From Dendrobates tinctorius (taxonomy: Eukaryota): a stretch of 64,000 nt of DNA. The stretch is taken from positions 3,906,001-3,970,000 of the forward strand of contig NW_027361798.1 of NCBI RefSeq assembly GCF_039654945.1, in the 5' to 3' direction. Made by a program: the position numbers and the translations under genes. The notes under the pieces are model-generated. The model saw nothing but the letters and a program-made list of their open reading frames with translations, ran no database searches and was not told the DNA's origin. Shown in pieces: positions 50,401 through 63,142 of the stretch. Position 1 is the stretch's first letter, and the number at the start of each line of letters is the position of its first letter.

Positions 50401-53394
50401 ACGTAACCCAGAAATGGCAAGGACTCCTGCTCAAACTGACAATTCTCCAGCTTGGCGAACAGGGAATTCGCCCTCAGGCGGTCGAATACCCTGCGGACAT
50501 CTTTCTGGTGGGTGGGCAAATCTGGCGAAAAGATGAGGATGTCATCCAGATAGACCACCACCGAGGTAGAAAGCATGTCACGGAAGACGTCGTTGACGAA
50601 GTCCCTGAAGACAGCGGGTGCATTACAAAGGCCGAAGGGCATGACCAGATATTCATAATGGCCATCCCGAGTGTTAAAAGCTGTCTTCCATTCGTCTCCC
50701 TCGCGAATACGGATCAGGTTGTATGCCCCTCGTAGGTCTAGCTTTGTGAAGAGTCGCGCCCCACGCAACCTGTCGAACAACTCGGAGATCAACGGGAGAG
50801 GGTACTTATTCTTTACCGTGATGACATTGAGACCCCGGTAGTTGATGCAGGGGCGTAACTCTCCGCTCTTCTTCTGAACGAAGAAGCCTGCCCCAGCCGG
50901 TGACACCGACTTCCTGATAAAGCCCCGCGCCAGGTTCTCCCGGATATATTGGGACATTGCCTCTGTCTCCGGGAGAGACAATGGGTAGACACAACCTCGA
51001 GGAGGTTCTGTGCCCGGGAGGAGGTCAATCGGGCAATCATAGGGACGGTGCAGCGAGAGTGTCTCCGCAGACTTCTTAGAGAAGACGTCCGCATACTGAT
51101 GGTAGGGTTCAGGAAGCGTGGGGAGATCTGTAGGCAGCTCTGTAGACGCTACCTGGAGACTGTCCCTTAGACACCTTCCCTCGCAGTCCTTGCTCCAGCC
51201 CAGAATTCTCCCCGACGCCCAATCAATGTGAGGGGAGTGACAACGAAGCCAGGGAACCCCGAGGAGTACCTGATCGATGCCATGAGGCATAATAAGCAAG
51301 GACAGGGTCTCCCGATGTGAGGGGGACATGGCGAGACCGAGTGGGACCGTCTGATGGGTCACTTGAGACGGCAATGGTGCCCCATCCACCACCCTGATGG
51401 TCAGAGGTTGTGGGAGTAATACCAGAGGGATAGTGTGACTCTGGGCAAAACTCGAGGACCTAAAGTTCCCCTCGGCCCCGGAGTCCAGAGTAACCTCTGC
51501 CTCCCAGGTGGAGGAACCATTATCCAGAGTACCCCGGAATACTGGCTTAGGCGAAAAGGGTTCCATCTGGGACTGGCCACCACCTACAACCATGGAACGG
51601 GGTCGTCCCTTCGGCCGCTGAGGACATGTGTCAGCCGAGTGGCCAAAGTGTCGGCAGTGATAACAGCGCACACAGCCCCGCACCTGATGTGGCTTAGTAC
51701 CGGTGCGAGATACCTCCATGGGCTCGATGGAGGGAGGCTCCTGTGCGGAATGGCTCAGCGGTTCGGTAAAGGTGGGAGCCAGGTTAATCTTACGTCTGGA
51801 TTGAGTCCTCTCCAGCCCGCGCTCCGTGAACCGGAGATCAATACGGGTGGAGACGGAGATCAATTTCTCCAGAGTTGTGGGAATATCTCGGGTGGCTAGA
51901 GCATCCTTGACATGCTCAGCTAGGCTTCTCCAGAACACTGGGACTAACACTTTGTCCGGCCACTCCAGTTCGGAAGCCAATGTCCGAAACCGGACAGCAT
52001 AATGGCTAACCGAGAGTGACCCTTGTGTTAACGCCAACAGTTGGAGAGCCGTATCGTGCGTGACCCGTGGTCCCAAGAAGACCTGCTTCAGAGCTGCGAG
52101 GAACTGAGCAGGCCCCTGAACCACGGGATCATCACGTTCCCACAATGGTGTGGCCCACTGCAATGCCCGACCAGCTAACAAGGAGACAATAAAGCCCACC
52201 TTAGCCCGCTCTGTAGGAAACCATGCAGCCAGCTGCTCCAGGTGAATGGAGCACTGACTGACGAATCCCCTACAGGTGGCACTTTCACCCGAAAACTTAT
52301 CGGGGAGCGGGAGGGAAGGGATTGTTGGCGAGGGCAAAAGTGTGGGCACACGTGAGACGGCCTCAGCGACCGTCTGGGCGGCAGCTAGCGCAGCATTCGC
52401 AGCGGAGTTGGTGCTCTCAATAGCCGCCAATCTGCTCTCCAGCTGCCAAATGTAGCGCTGCAGCTGCTGCACGTCTGCCATTGTCAGCCAGACCCTGGCG
52501 CTAGTGTAATGTTAGGACGGCGGAACGCACCAAATATAAAATAACAGGAGGTGCGTTCGCCGCCCGGAGTCCACCGTGCGGTAGGTGACAAGACCGCTGC
52601 TGAACAATGGCAGATGCACCTAATCACTGAGGTACTGCGCTCAGGTTAACGTCACCCAAACGCTAAGGACGGGTCTGTTCTGGCACAGAGTCGCAAGGAA
52701 CAATGTGATGCCGAGACGCGGCTCTGTTAATGTCACAGAGGCCTGCGTGTGGCGTCGCGACAGCGACCAAGAGTAGCTGTGGTTAGTGCAGCGCAGCGGC
52801 AGGTAAAACTGCAGACGTCGGCGCTGAGACACAGGCGCCGACGGACGCTAGTGTAGGCGCGGATCACGTGGCGTGTAGCTTGCCACAGACTGAGACTGAC
52901 TATCCAACTCTCTGTCACCATTCGTAATATCCGAGGGAAGGGGTTTCATAATGCGTCAGTCGCTAGTCCACACATCCATCATCATACACACACAGAATAA
53001 TATGCTACACTAGCGCATCGCCGAGCCGCCATGCGGGCTTTTTATAGCGATGCGCTTCCGGGACCTTCCATTAGCTTGGGAAGGGCCAATCAGATCCGAC
53101 GAAGGACCTGAGCATGTGACCCCTGCTCTCCAGTGAGAGGTCATGTTGCGGGCATGCCCAGTAGCACGGCACGAGGACTTAGCCTCAGGAGCAGTTCCCT
53201 GCAGAGCAGGTTGCACTGCTATTACTGCACCAGAGGTGGCAGCAACATCCAGGCTGTCAGAGCGAGTCTGAGCAGCAATCCTGGCTCGCCGAGTTTGCTG
53301 TGCAACACCTGGAGCGGTCGGGGAAGAATGGGAGACTGCAGGATGTCTGGCTCTGGATTCCTGCTGTGCAGTGCCTGGAATCCGATGCCTAACA
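47466..53394 (-). mobile_element. Full-length Gypsy chromovirus family C
   Basis: LTRs 47466-48350 and 52510-53394 (885 bp each), TSD CAAAC, G-rich polypurine tract near 48353-48369. Confidence 0.96.
48351..52481 (-). pseudogene. gag-pol of element C with integrase chromodomain, interrupted by stop codons
   Basis: 712-aa ORF, then 337-aa and 190-aa fragments. Chromodomain [11 protein letters not shown]...[17 protein letters not shown]. Confidence 0.92.
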
Positions 53395-54622
53395 CAAACA
53401 AGTTGCAGTGTGCGCCGGTCACACTTCAGCACCACTGAGTGGGCTCTATGAAGGACATCTGCTTCGTTTTGCGTGCCTTCGATGATTCCACTCGGATGGC
53501 GAGTGCAGATGATGCACTAGTCAGCATGACTGTCCCCCTTATCTGCCTGCTTCAAAAAACACCGCAAGCACTAAGGGAGGAGGTTTCGGAAGAGGTGGAG
53601 GATGATTAGTCCCAAATGCCATCTGCTTCTGGACAGTCTGCACTACATGCTTCCTCACAAAGGCCTAGGCAGGGGACACAGTGTGAGGAGGATGACGAGG
53701 AGTCGATGGAGGAGGAAGACATCTCTCCACAGGAGGGAGGTACACAAAGCTCTAGTCAGTATGTACAGCGAGGGTGGGGTGATGCAGAGCAGGCACAGAT
53801 GACGACTCAAGCAGGGGACAGAGGTTCTTGGGCAGTTGGGAGTCTGCAGCACATGGTTGATTTCATGCTGCAGTGCCTGAGAAACGACCGCCGCATCGCC
53901 CACATTCACAACACGGCTGATTATTGGGTGTACACCCTGCTAGATCCTCACTACCGGGACAACTTACAAAGCCTCATAGCACCGCTGAATCGGGAGCGTA
54001 AAGTGCGGGAGTACCAAGACACACTGGTGCAGTCCATCATGTTCTCCATTCCAACCAACAGCAGTGGTGCTAGTGCTTTACAAAGCAGCTCTGTGCGTCG
54101 AGGCAGTGGAGGAAGCTCTACACAGAGGGAGCAGAGGCAGCGCCTCAGCACAAGGCAAGACCACTATGGCCCAAATGTGGCAAAGTTTTGTGTGCCCGCC
54201 ACAAATGTCTACACCATCACAGATGGCTCCAGTCAGCAGGAGGCAACGTTTCCGTCAGATGGTGACAGACTACATGTCTTGCCCTCTCGATGTACTCCCA
54301 GACGGCTCTTCCCCCGTCAATTTTTGGGTCTCTAAGCTGGATACATGGCCAGAGCTTAGCCAGTATGCATTGGAGGTGCTGGCTTGCCCTGCTGCTAGAG
54401 TATTATCGAAACGCGTCTTTAGTGCCGCAGGTGGTGTACTAACAGACCGTCGCACGCGACTATCCTCCAATAACGTTGACCGGCTTACTTTTCTGAAAAT
54501 GAACAAGGCCTTGATCTCACCGGAATTTGCCAGTCCTCTTCCAGAATAAATAATTAGTTGGCAACAGTATCCAGGTCTCCTGTTGTGTTCATGTTTCTAC
54601 CACCTGAACTGTAATCCCTGGG

Positions 54623-54960
54623 CTCCAACACCGCCAGTTGTTGCTCAGAAGTGCCGTCTGCACAGAGAAAAACACTAGCTCCTGTGTTAGTGGGGTTCAG
54701 TAATGCCAGCTGCTCCCCTGCTGTGTGTCCGGCAAAGTCTCCTGCTGCCTCCACATTCAAACTACATCAGATATAAAACTTGCTCCAAGTAGGCCTTAGC
54801 CTAAACCCTGATTGAACCTAGGCTCCAACAACATCAGTTGTTGCTCAGAAGTGCCGTCTGCACAGAGAAAAACTCTAGCTCCTCTGTTAGTGCGGTTCAG
54901 TAACGCCAGCTGCTCCCCTGCTGTGTGTCCGGCAATATCTCCTGCTCCCTCCACATTCAA
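54623..54960 (+). repeat. ~200-bp tandem repeat of the hAT 3' region (left of the CR1)
   Basis: The unit also occurs at about 17780-18438 and 63143-64000. Confidence 0.88.
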
Positions 54961-57168
54961 AAAACCGAATTTTGGCTCATCTTTCATCGTTTTTAAGAAA
55001 TCTCAAGATGGAAGAGGCCAGGAGCCATTTGGTGAGCTGCATTTCTTGCTACATGTTCACAGATTTACCAGTGGAAAAGCCAAACTTCACATGCCACAAA
55101 TGCAAGCTTGTGTCCCTTTTGGAGGAAAAGTTGCAAAATCTTGAAGAGAGGTTAGCTATGTTGAAGATCATTAAGGAAGGTGAAGAGTAGTGTTGAGCGA
55201 TACCGTCCGATACTTAAAAGTATCGGATCGGAATGGATCGGCCGATCTAAAAAAAATATCGGGTATCGCCGATTCCGATACCGGAAGTCCCATTCAACTC
55301 TATGGGACTTCCGGTATCGGAATAAGAAAAAACCTATTTTTGCCTTGTACAGCCTCTCTGGGGTCTGTACGGGCCTTTCGGGGGGCTGTGTCGGCCTGCC
55401 GGGGGGGTCTGTGCAGGCCTGCCGGGGGGCTGTGCCGGCCTGCCGGGGGGTCTGTGCAGGCTCCGGTGGTCTGTGCCGGCCTGCCGGGGGGTCTGTGCAG
55501 GCTCCGGTAGTCTGTGCAGGCATCGTCCGATGGGACTACAAGTCCCATCGGGCGATGCCTGCTACCATGACAGTGATTGACACATTAGCCAATGATGGGA
55601 CAGTAGTAGTCCCACCATCCGGCTAATGTGTTGAATGTAAAAAAAAAAAAAAAATTTACATGCTACATACATGCTACATACATACAACATGCATACTACA
55701 TATATACTACATGCAACATACATACTACATACATGCTACATACATACAACATGCATACTACATATATACTACATGTAACATACATACTACATACATGCTG
55801 CATACTACATGCATGCTACATACTATACATGCTACATACATAATACATATATACTACATGCATGCAACATACATACAACATATATACTACATGCATACTA
55901 CATACATGCTACATACATACTACATACATAATACATATATACTACATGCATGCAACATACATACAACATATATACTACATGCATGCAACATGCATACTAC
56001 ATATATACTATATATACTACATGTAACATACATACTACATGCATACTACATACATACTACATACATGCTACATACATAATACATATATACTACATGCATG
56101 CAACATGCATACTACATATATACTATATATACTACATGTAACATGCATACTACATATATACTACATGCATACTACATACATGCTACATACATGCTACATA
56201 CATGCTACATACATACACTACATGCATGCAACATACATACTACATATATACCACATGCATGCAACATGCATACTACATATATACTGCATATATACTACAT
56301 GCATGCAACATACATATATATTACATACAATACATACATATAGACATACAGTACATATAACATAGAGTACATACTCACCGTCACTTGTCACTTTGATCCC
56401 CGAAGCCATTGTCGCCTGAGGAATAAATATCAAAATAAAAAAAACACCAATATACTTACCCCGATCCGCAGAAGTCCACGAGGGTCCCACGTCCATCTTG
56501 CGTGGAGAACAGCAGCATCAGCTGATGCTACCGTTCTCTACCAGCTCCAGGAATACAATGACGGAAGGTAGGTATCCTTCCGCACTGTATTCCTCCACCA
56601 CTTTAAAAAAAAAAAAGTCCCTAGTCTCACTTTATGCCATTGCTGCGTGGGAAATTCCCACGCAGCAATGGCATAAAGTGAGACTATGGACTTTTTTTTT
56701 ACAGTGGCGGAGGAATACAGTGCGGAAGGATACCTACCTTCCGTCATTGTATTCCTGGAGCTGGTAGAGAACGGTAGCATCAGCTGATGCTGCTGTTCTC
56801 CACGCAAGATGGATGTGGGACCCTCGTGGACTTCTGCGGATCGGGGTAAGTATATTGGTGTTTTTTTATTTTGATATTTATTCCTCAGGCGACAATGGCT
56901 TCGGGGATCAAAGTGACAAGTGATGGTGAGTATGTACTCTATGTTATATGTACTGTATGTCTATATGTATGTATTGTATGTAGTATATATGTATGTTGCA
57001 TGCATGTAGTATATATGCAGTATATATGTAGTATGCATGTTGCATGCATGTGGTATATATGTAGTATGTATGTTGCATGCATGTAGTATGTATGTAGTAT
57101 GCATGTAGTATGTTGCATGTATGTAGCATGTAGTGTGTATGTTGCATGTATGTAGCATGTAGTATATA

Positions 57169-58389
57169 CACTCACTGGCCACTTTATTAGGTACACCATG
57201 CTAGTAAGGGGTTGGACCCCCTTTTGCCTTCAGAACTGCCTCAATTCTTCGTGGCAGAGATTCAACAAGGTGCTGGAAGCATTCCTTAGAGATTTTGGAC
57301 CATATTGACATGATGGCATCACACAGTTGGCGCAGATTTGTCGGCTGCACATCCCTGATGCGAATCTCCCGTTCCACCACATCCCAAAGATGCTCTATTG
57401 GATTGAGATCTGGTGACTGAGGAGGCCATTTGAGTACAGTGAACTCATTGTCATGTTCAAGAAACCAATCTGAGATGATTCGAGCTTTATGACATGGCGC
57501 ATTATCCTGCTGAAAGTAGCCATCAGATGTTGGGTACATTGTGGTCATAAAGGGATGGACATGGTCAGCAACAATACTCAGGTAGGCTGTGGCGTTGCAA
57601 CGATGCTCAATTGGTACCAAGGGGCCCAAAGAGTGCCAAGAAAAAATTCCCCACACCATGACACCACCACCACCAGCCTGAACCGTTGATACAAGGCAGG
57701 ATGGATCCATGCTTTCATGTTGTTTACGCCAAATTCTGACCCTACCATCCGAATGTCGCAGCAGAAATCGAGACTCATCAGACCAGGCAACGTTTTTCCA
57801 ATCTTCTACTGTCCAATTTCGATGAGTTTGTGCAAATTGTAGCCTCAGTTTCCTGTTCTTAGCTGAGAGGAGTGGTACCCGGTGTGGTCTTCTGCTGCTG
57901 TAGCCCATCTGCCTCAAAGTTCGACGCACTGTGCGTTCAGAGATGCTCTTCTGCCTACCTTGGTTGTAACGGGTGGCAATTTGAGTCACTGTTGCCTTTC
58001 TATCAGCTCGAACCAGTCTGCCCATTCTCCTCTGACCTCTGGCATCAACAAGGCATTTCCGGCCACAGAACTGCCGCTCACTGGATTTTTTTTCTTTTTC
58101 GGACCATTCTCTGTAAACCCTAGAGATGGTTGTGCGTGAAAATCCCAGTAGATCAGCAGTTTCTGAAATACTCAGACCAGCCCTTCTGGCACCAACAATC
58201 ATGCCACGTTCAAAGGCACTCAAATCACCTTTCTTCCCCATACTGATGCTCGGTTTGAACTGCAGGAGATTGTCTTGACCATGTCTACATGCCTAAATGC
58301 ACTGAGTTGCCGCCATGTGATTGGCTGATTAGAAATTAAGTCTTAACACACAGTTGGACAGGTGTACCTAATAAAGTGGCCAGTGAGTG
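57169..58389 (-). mobile_element. Tc1-superfamily transposon, DD36E (Incomer-type), 1221 bp
   Basis: Perfect 29-bp TIRs CACTCACTGGCCACTTTATTAGGTACACC; TA duplication. Confidence 0.96.
57201..58241 (-). CDS. Intact Tc1 transposase, 346 aa, DD36E
   Basis: N-terminal HTH domains, [25 protein letters not shown]; 36 residues between the second D and the E. Confidence 0.95.
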   Translation of the reverse strand: MGKKGDLSAFERGMIVGARRAGLSISETADLLGFSRTTISRVYREWSEKEKKSSERQFCGRKCLVDARGQRRMGRLVRADRKATVTQIATRYNQGRQKSISERTVRRTLRQMGYSSRRPHRVPLLSAKNRKLRLQFAQTHRNWTVEDWKNVAWSDESRFLLRHSDGRVRIWRKQHESMDPSCLVSTVQAGGGGVMVWGIFSWHSLGPLVPIEHRCNATAYLSIVADHVHPFMTTMYPTSDGYFQQDNAPCHKARIISDWFLEHDNEFTVLKWPPQSPDLNPIEHLWDVVEREIRIRDVQPTNLRQLCDAIMSIWSKISKECFQHLVESLPRRIEAVLKAKGGPTPY

Positions 58390-60309
58390 TATGTAGTATG
58401 TATGTTACATGTAGTATATATAGTATATATGTAGTATGCATGTTGCATGCATTTAGTATATATGTTGTATGTATTTAGTATGTATGTAGCATGTATGTAG
58501 TATGTATGTTACATGTAGTATATATGTATTATGTATGTAGTATGTATGTAGCATGTATGTAGTATGTATGTTACATGTAGTATATATGTATTATGTATGT
58601 AGTATGTATGTAGCATGTATGTAGTATGTATGTTACATGTAGTATATATGTAGTATATATGTAGTATGCATGTTGTATGTATGTAGCATGTATGTAGCAT
58701 GTATGTTGCATGTAAATTTTTTTTTTTTTTTACATTTAACACATTAGCCGGATGATGGGACTACTACTGTCCCATCATTGGCTAATGTGTCAATCACTGT
58801 CATGGTAGCAGGCATCGCCCGATGGGACTTGTAGTCCCATCGGACGATGCCTGCACAGACCCCCGGAGCCTGCACAGACCACTGGCAGGCCGGCACAGCC
58901 CCCCGGCAGGCCGGCACAGACCACCGGAGCCTGCACAGACCACCGGCAGGCCGGCACAGGCCCCCGGAGCCTGCACAGACCACCGGCAGGCCGACACAGC
59001 CCCCGGGCAGGCCGGCACAGACCACCGGAGCCTGCACAGACCACCGGCAGGCCGGCACAGCCCCCCGGCAGGCCGGCACAGACCACCGGAGCCTGCACAG
59101 ACCACCGGCAGGCCGGCACAGCCCCCCGGAGAGTCGGCACAGCCCCCCCCGAAGGCCCGAACTGACGGCGCATCATGATGCGCACAGACAGCGCATCATG
59201 ATGACGTCATTTTGGCAGCCAATCAGAGCCACAAAAGTGGCTCCTTGCATTTTGGACTTCCGATTCCGGTATCCGATAAGAAAAAAGTATCGGTACTCGG
59301 TATCGGAATTCCGATACGGCAAATATCGGCCGATACCCGATACTTGCGGTTTCGGAAAGCTCAACACTAGTGAAGAGTTCTTGGACAGAGCAGAATTATC
59401 TCTTCATGTTACAGAAAGAGAAGAAATTCGAAGTGCACCTGAAGAAACAGAGGAATGGAGACATGTGACCCAGAGAAGCAGGAGGATCAGGAGGCAGTCA
59501 GCACCCATACTGCTCAGAAACCAGTACCAGGCTCTCACGCTGGAAAACGATGAAGAAATACATCAGGATAAGACTTTGCCAACAAACAGCAACTTTGTAC
59601 GCCTTCAGAGTCCTCCTGGATGGAGAAAGAAAAATGTTGTGAAGAAGAAACGGAGAGTGGTGGTCATGGGGGATTCCCTGTTGAGAGGAACAGAGGCCGC
59701 TATCTGCAGACCGGATATAACCTCAAGAGAAATGTGCTGTCTTCCAGGTGCAAAAATTAAAGATGTGTCTGACAGGATATCAGGACTCTTCAGACCTACA
59801 GATGACTACCCATTCCTGCTACTACATGTGGGGACAAATGACACCGCAAGAAACGACCTGGAAACCATCTGCAGAGACTTTGAAGACTTAGGCAAGAAAG
59901 TGAAAGAACTGGGAGCGCAGGTGGTCTTCTCTTCCATCCTCCCAGTGGATGGCCATGGAACAAGGAGGTGGAATAAGATTCTGCAGGTGAACAACTGGCT
60001 ACGTCAATGGTGCCGTCAGCAACGATTTGGATTTCTGGATCACGGAGTGAATTACTTATACGATGGACTACTTGCTAGAGATGGGGTGCACCTTACGAAG
60101 ACTGGAAAGCATGTATTTGGAAGTCGCCTTGCTACACTCATCAGGAGAGCTTTAAACTAGAACAACGTGGGAAGGGAAGCAAAAGAGCAGAAAAAGCCAT
60201 ACACCTGACAAATGCTATTGAGAACTCTGCTATTAGAAGTGGAAAGGAAGAACAAAGACAAAAGAATCTAATTAATAAAAATATTGGAGAAAGAGAAACC
60301 AATCACAAA

Positions 60310-63068
60310 CTAAAGTGTTTCTATACTAATGCACAAAGCATGGGCAACAAACAAGGAGAATTGGAACTACTAACACAGGAACAGAAATATGATGTAATTG
60401 GAATCACTGAAACTTGGTGGGACGATACACATGATTGGAATACAAGACTAGAATGATACAACTTATTTGCAAGAAACAGACTTGATAAACGAGGAGGGGG
60501 TGTCACATTGTATGTTAGAAACGCGTATATCTGCACAGAGATTGAAGCTTCAGAGACTGGGAGTTCTGTGGAAACTGTTTGGGTAAGAATACAAGGACAG
60601 AACAATGGAAAGGACACCATTGTAGGCATTTACTACAGGCCGCCTGTGCAAGCTGAAGATATGGATGAACTCTTTATGCATCAAATGGCCAAGTTCTCCA
60701 AAAAATATGACATAGTTATCATGGGAGATTTCAACTATCCAGACATTTGTTGGGAATCTCTCTCAGGCAAAACTAACAGGTCAAGGAAATTCTTAACCTC
60801 TCTAGCTGACAACTTTATCTTCCAAAAGGTAGGGGAGAAAACAAGGGGAACTGCTACCTTGGATCTAATCCTTATAAACAGGGAGGAAATGGTTGAGGAG
60901 GTAAAAGTGGCTGGGACCCTCGGAGGTAGCGACCATGCTATTTTAGAATTTTGGATAACTAGAGGCGGAAGACCTGTGAAGACTCAGACGTCAAGGTTAG
61001 ATTTCAGAAAGGCAGATTTTAAGGGATTCAGAAAGAGAATTGGAGGGATCCAATGGCTGGATATCCTTAAAGACAAAAATGTCCAGGAAGGATGGGAAAT
61101 CTTGAAAAATGAAATTCTCAAAGCACAGTTGTTAACAATTCCAAAAAGAGGGAAGAATAGGAAGCATTTAAGGAAGCCAGGATGGATGAACACAGAACTT
61201 AAGCACATGCTAAAAAGGAAGAAAAAAATGTTTATAAAATGGAAAGAGGGAGGCATATCTAAAGAAGAATATAATGCTGTCTGCAGAATCTGCAGGGCAC
61301 AAATCAGATTAGCTAAAGCTGAAAATGAATTGAGGCTTGCAAGAGATGTCAAAAGCAATAATAAAGGATTTTGGGGATATGTCAAAAGTAAAAGAAAAGT
61401 CAAAGATGCTATAGGATTTTTACAGGATGAAAATGATGAAATGGTAAGACAGGATGTTGAGAAGGCTGAACTTTTAAATTCCTATTTTGCATCTGTTTTC
61501 TCTCAGAAAGGAAATGTAACATCAACTGTTATTCACTGTCCTATTAAGGGAATAGAAGAATCCAGGATATCTATAAACAGATAGTGAGGAAACACTTAGC
61601 TAACCTAAATGAATTCAAGTCTCCAGGTCCAGATGAATTACACCCCAGAGTACTGAAGGAGATAGCAGAAGAAATTTTTGAACCCCTCTCCATAATCTTT
61701 GAAAATTCTTGGAGAACAGGAGAAGTCCCAGAAGACTGGAGAAGAGCAAATGTTGTTCCTATCTTCAAAAAGGGGAAGAAGGTGGACCCAGGCAACTATA
61801 GGCCGGTGAGTCTGACTTCTATACCAGGAAAGATCTTTGAACAAATTATTAAACAACATGTATGTCAATACCTGGATAAGAATGAAGTGATTAAACAGAG
61901 TCAGCATGGGTTTGTAACTAATAAGTCATGTCAGACTAACTTAATTTCCTTCTATGACGGTATCACTGATTGGGTGGATCAAGGAAATGCTGTAGATATA
62001 GAATATCTTGACTTCAGCAAAGCATTTGACAAAGTCTCTCATACAATCCTTATTGAAAAAATGACTAACTATGGAATGGACAAGGCAACTATTAGGTGGA
62101 TTCATAACTGGCTTAGTAATCGGACCCAAAGAGTGGTCGTAAATGGCTGCACATCCAGTTGGAAGAATGTCTCAAGTGGGGTACCACAGGGCTCTGTCCC
62201 GGGCTCGGTATTGTTCAACATCTTTATCAACGATTTAGATGAAGGAATTGAGGGTAAACTGATTACATTTGCTGATGACACAAAGCTAGGAGGGATAGCT
62301 AATACTAGAGAAGAGAGAGAGAGGATTCAAAAAGATTTAAATAAACTGGAGAAGTGGGCAGCAACTAACAGAATGGTTTTTAACAGGGAGAAATGCAAAG
62401 TACTACATCTGGGCAATAAAAATGAAAAAAGCATATATAGAATGGGAGGAATAGGGCTAAGCAACAGCACATGTGAAAAAGACTTGGGTATACTAATAGA
62501 TCACAGACTGAATATGAGTCAGCAGTGTGATGCAGCAGCAAAAAAGGCAAATGCAATTCTAGGATGTATTAACAGAAGCATACAGTCTAGATCACGTGAA
62601 GTCATTATTTCCCTCTACTCCTCTTTGGTCAGACCTCATCTGGAATATTGTGTCCAGTTTTGGGCACCACATTTCAAAAAAGACATCAACAAACTGGAGC
62701 AAATTCAGAAAAGAGCGACCAGAATGGTGACCGGTCTGCAAACCCTGTCTTATGAGGAAAGGTTGCAGGATTTGGGAATGTTTAGTTTGCAAAAGAGAAG
62801 ACTGAGAGGAGACTTAATAGCTGTCTACAAATATCTAAAGGGCTGTCACATTGTAGAAGGATCAACTTTATTCTCATTTGCACAAGGAAAGACTAGAAGC
62901 AATGGGATGAAACTGAATGGGAGGAGACAAAGATTAGATATTAGAAAAAACTTTTTGACAGTTAGAGTGATCAATGAGTGGAACAGGCTGCCACGAGAAG
63001 TGGTGAGTTCTCCTTCAATGGAAGTCTTCAAACAGAGGCTGGACAGACACCTGACTGGGATGATTTAG
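60310..63068 (+). pseudogene. CR1 ORF2 (APE endonuclease plus RT) with one stop (~60454) and one frameshift (~61580)
   Basis: YTNAQS, GITETWW, GDFN, LDL and SDH endonuclease motifs, followed by the RT ORF 61584-63068. Confidence 0.93.
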
Positions 63069-63142
63069 CGAATCCTGCTTTGAGCAGGGGGTTGGACCAG
63101 ATGGCCCAGGAGGTCCCTTCCAACTCTACGATTCTATGATTC

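Larger units (their letters stand above)
44003..54549 (+). pseudogene. hAT transposase copy 2, split by a CR1 and Gypsy element C
   Basis: Segments 44003-45004, 46311-47465 and 53395-54549 carry the same motifs as copy 1. Confidence 0.92.
55188..59369. mobile_element. Non-autonomous hAT foldback element
   Basis: TIRs TAGTGTTGAGC and GCTCAACACTA; 8-bp TSD GTGAAGAG at 55180 and 59370; palindromic interior centred on 56654. Confidence 0.95.
55008..60160 (+). pseudogene. CR1 ORF1 (zinc finger/leucine zipper plus SGNH esterase), split by a hAT insertion
   Basis: CISCYM...CHKC...LEERL at 55008-55187, resuming at 59378 with GDSLLRG, HVGTND and DGVHL. Confidence 0.9.
54961..63142 (+). mobile_element. 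Near full-length CR1 LINE
   Basis: ORF1, ORF2 and GATTCTATGATTC tail; ATTCAAA repeated at 54955 and 63139 (probable TSD). Confidence 0.94.

Noticed and set aside
55628-57199. His/Tyr/Thr-rich ORFs
   Set aside because: They come from low-complexity TACA repeats in the palindrome arms.
58847-60160. 437-aa fusion ORF as a novel gene
   Set aside because: It is chance read-through from the hAT minisatellite into the CR1 ORF1 esterase.
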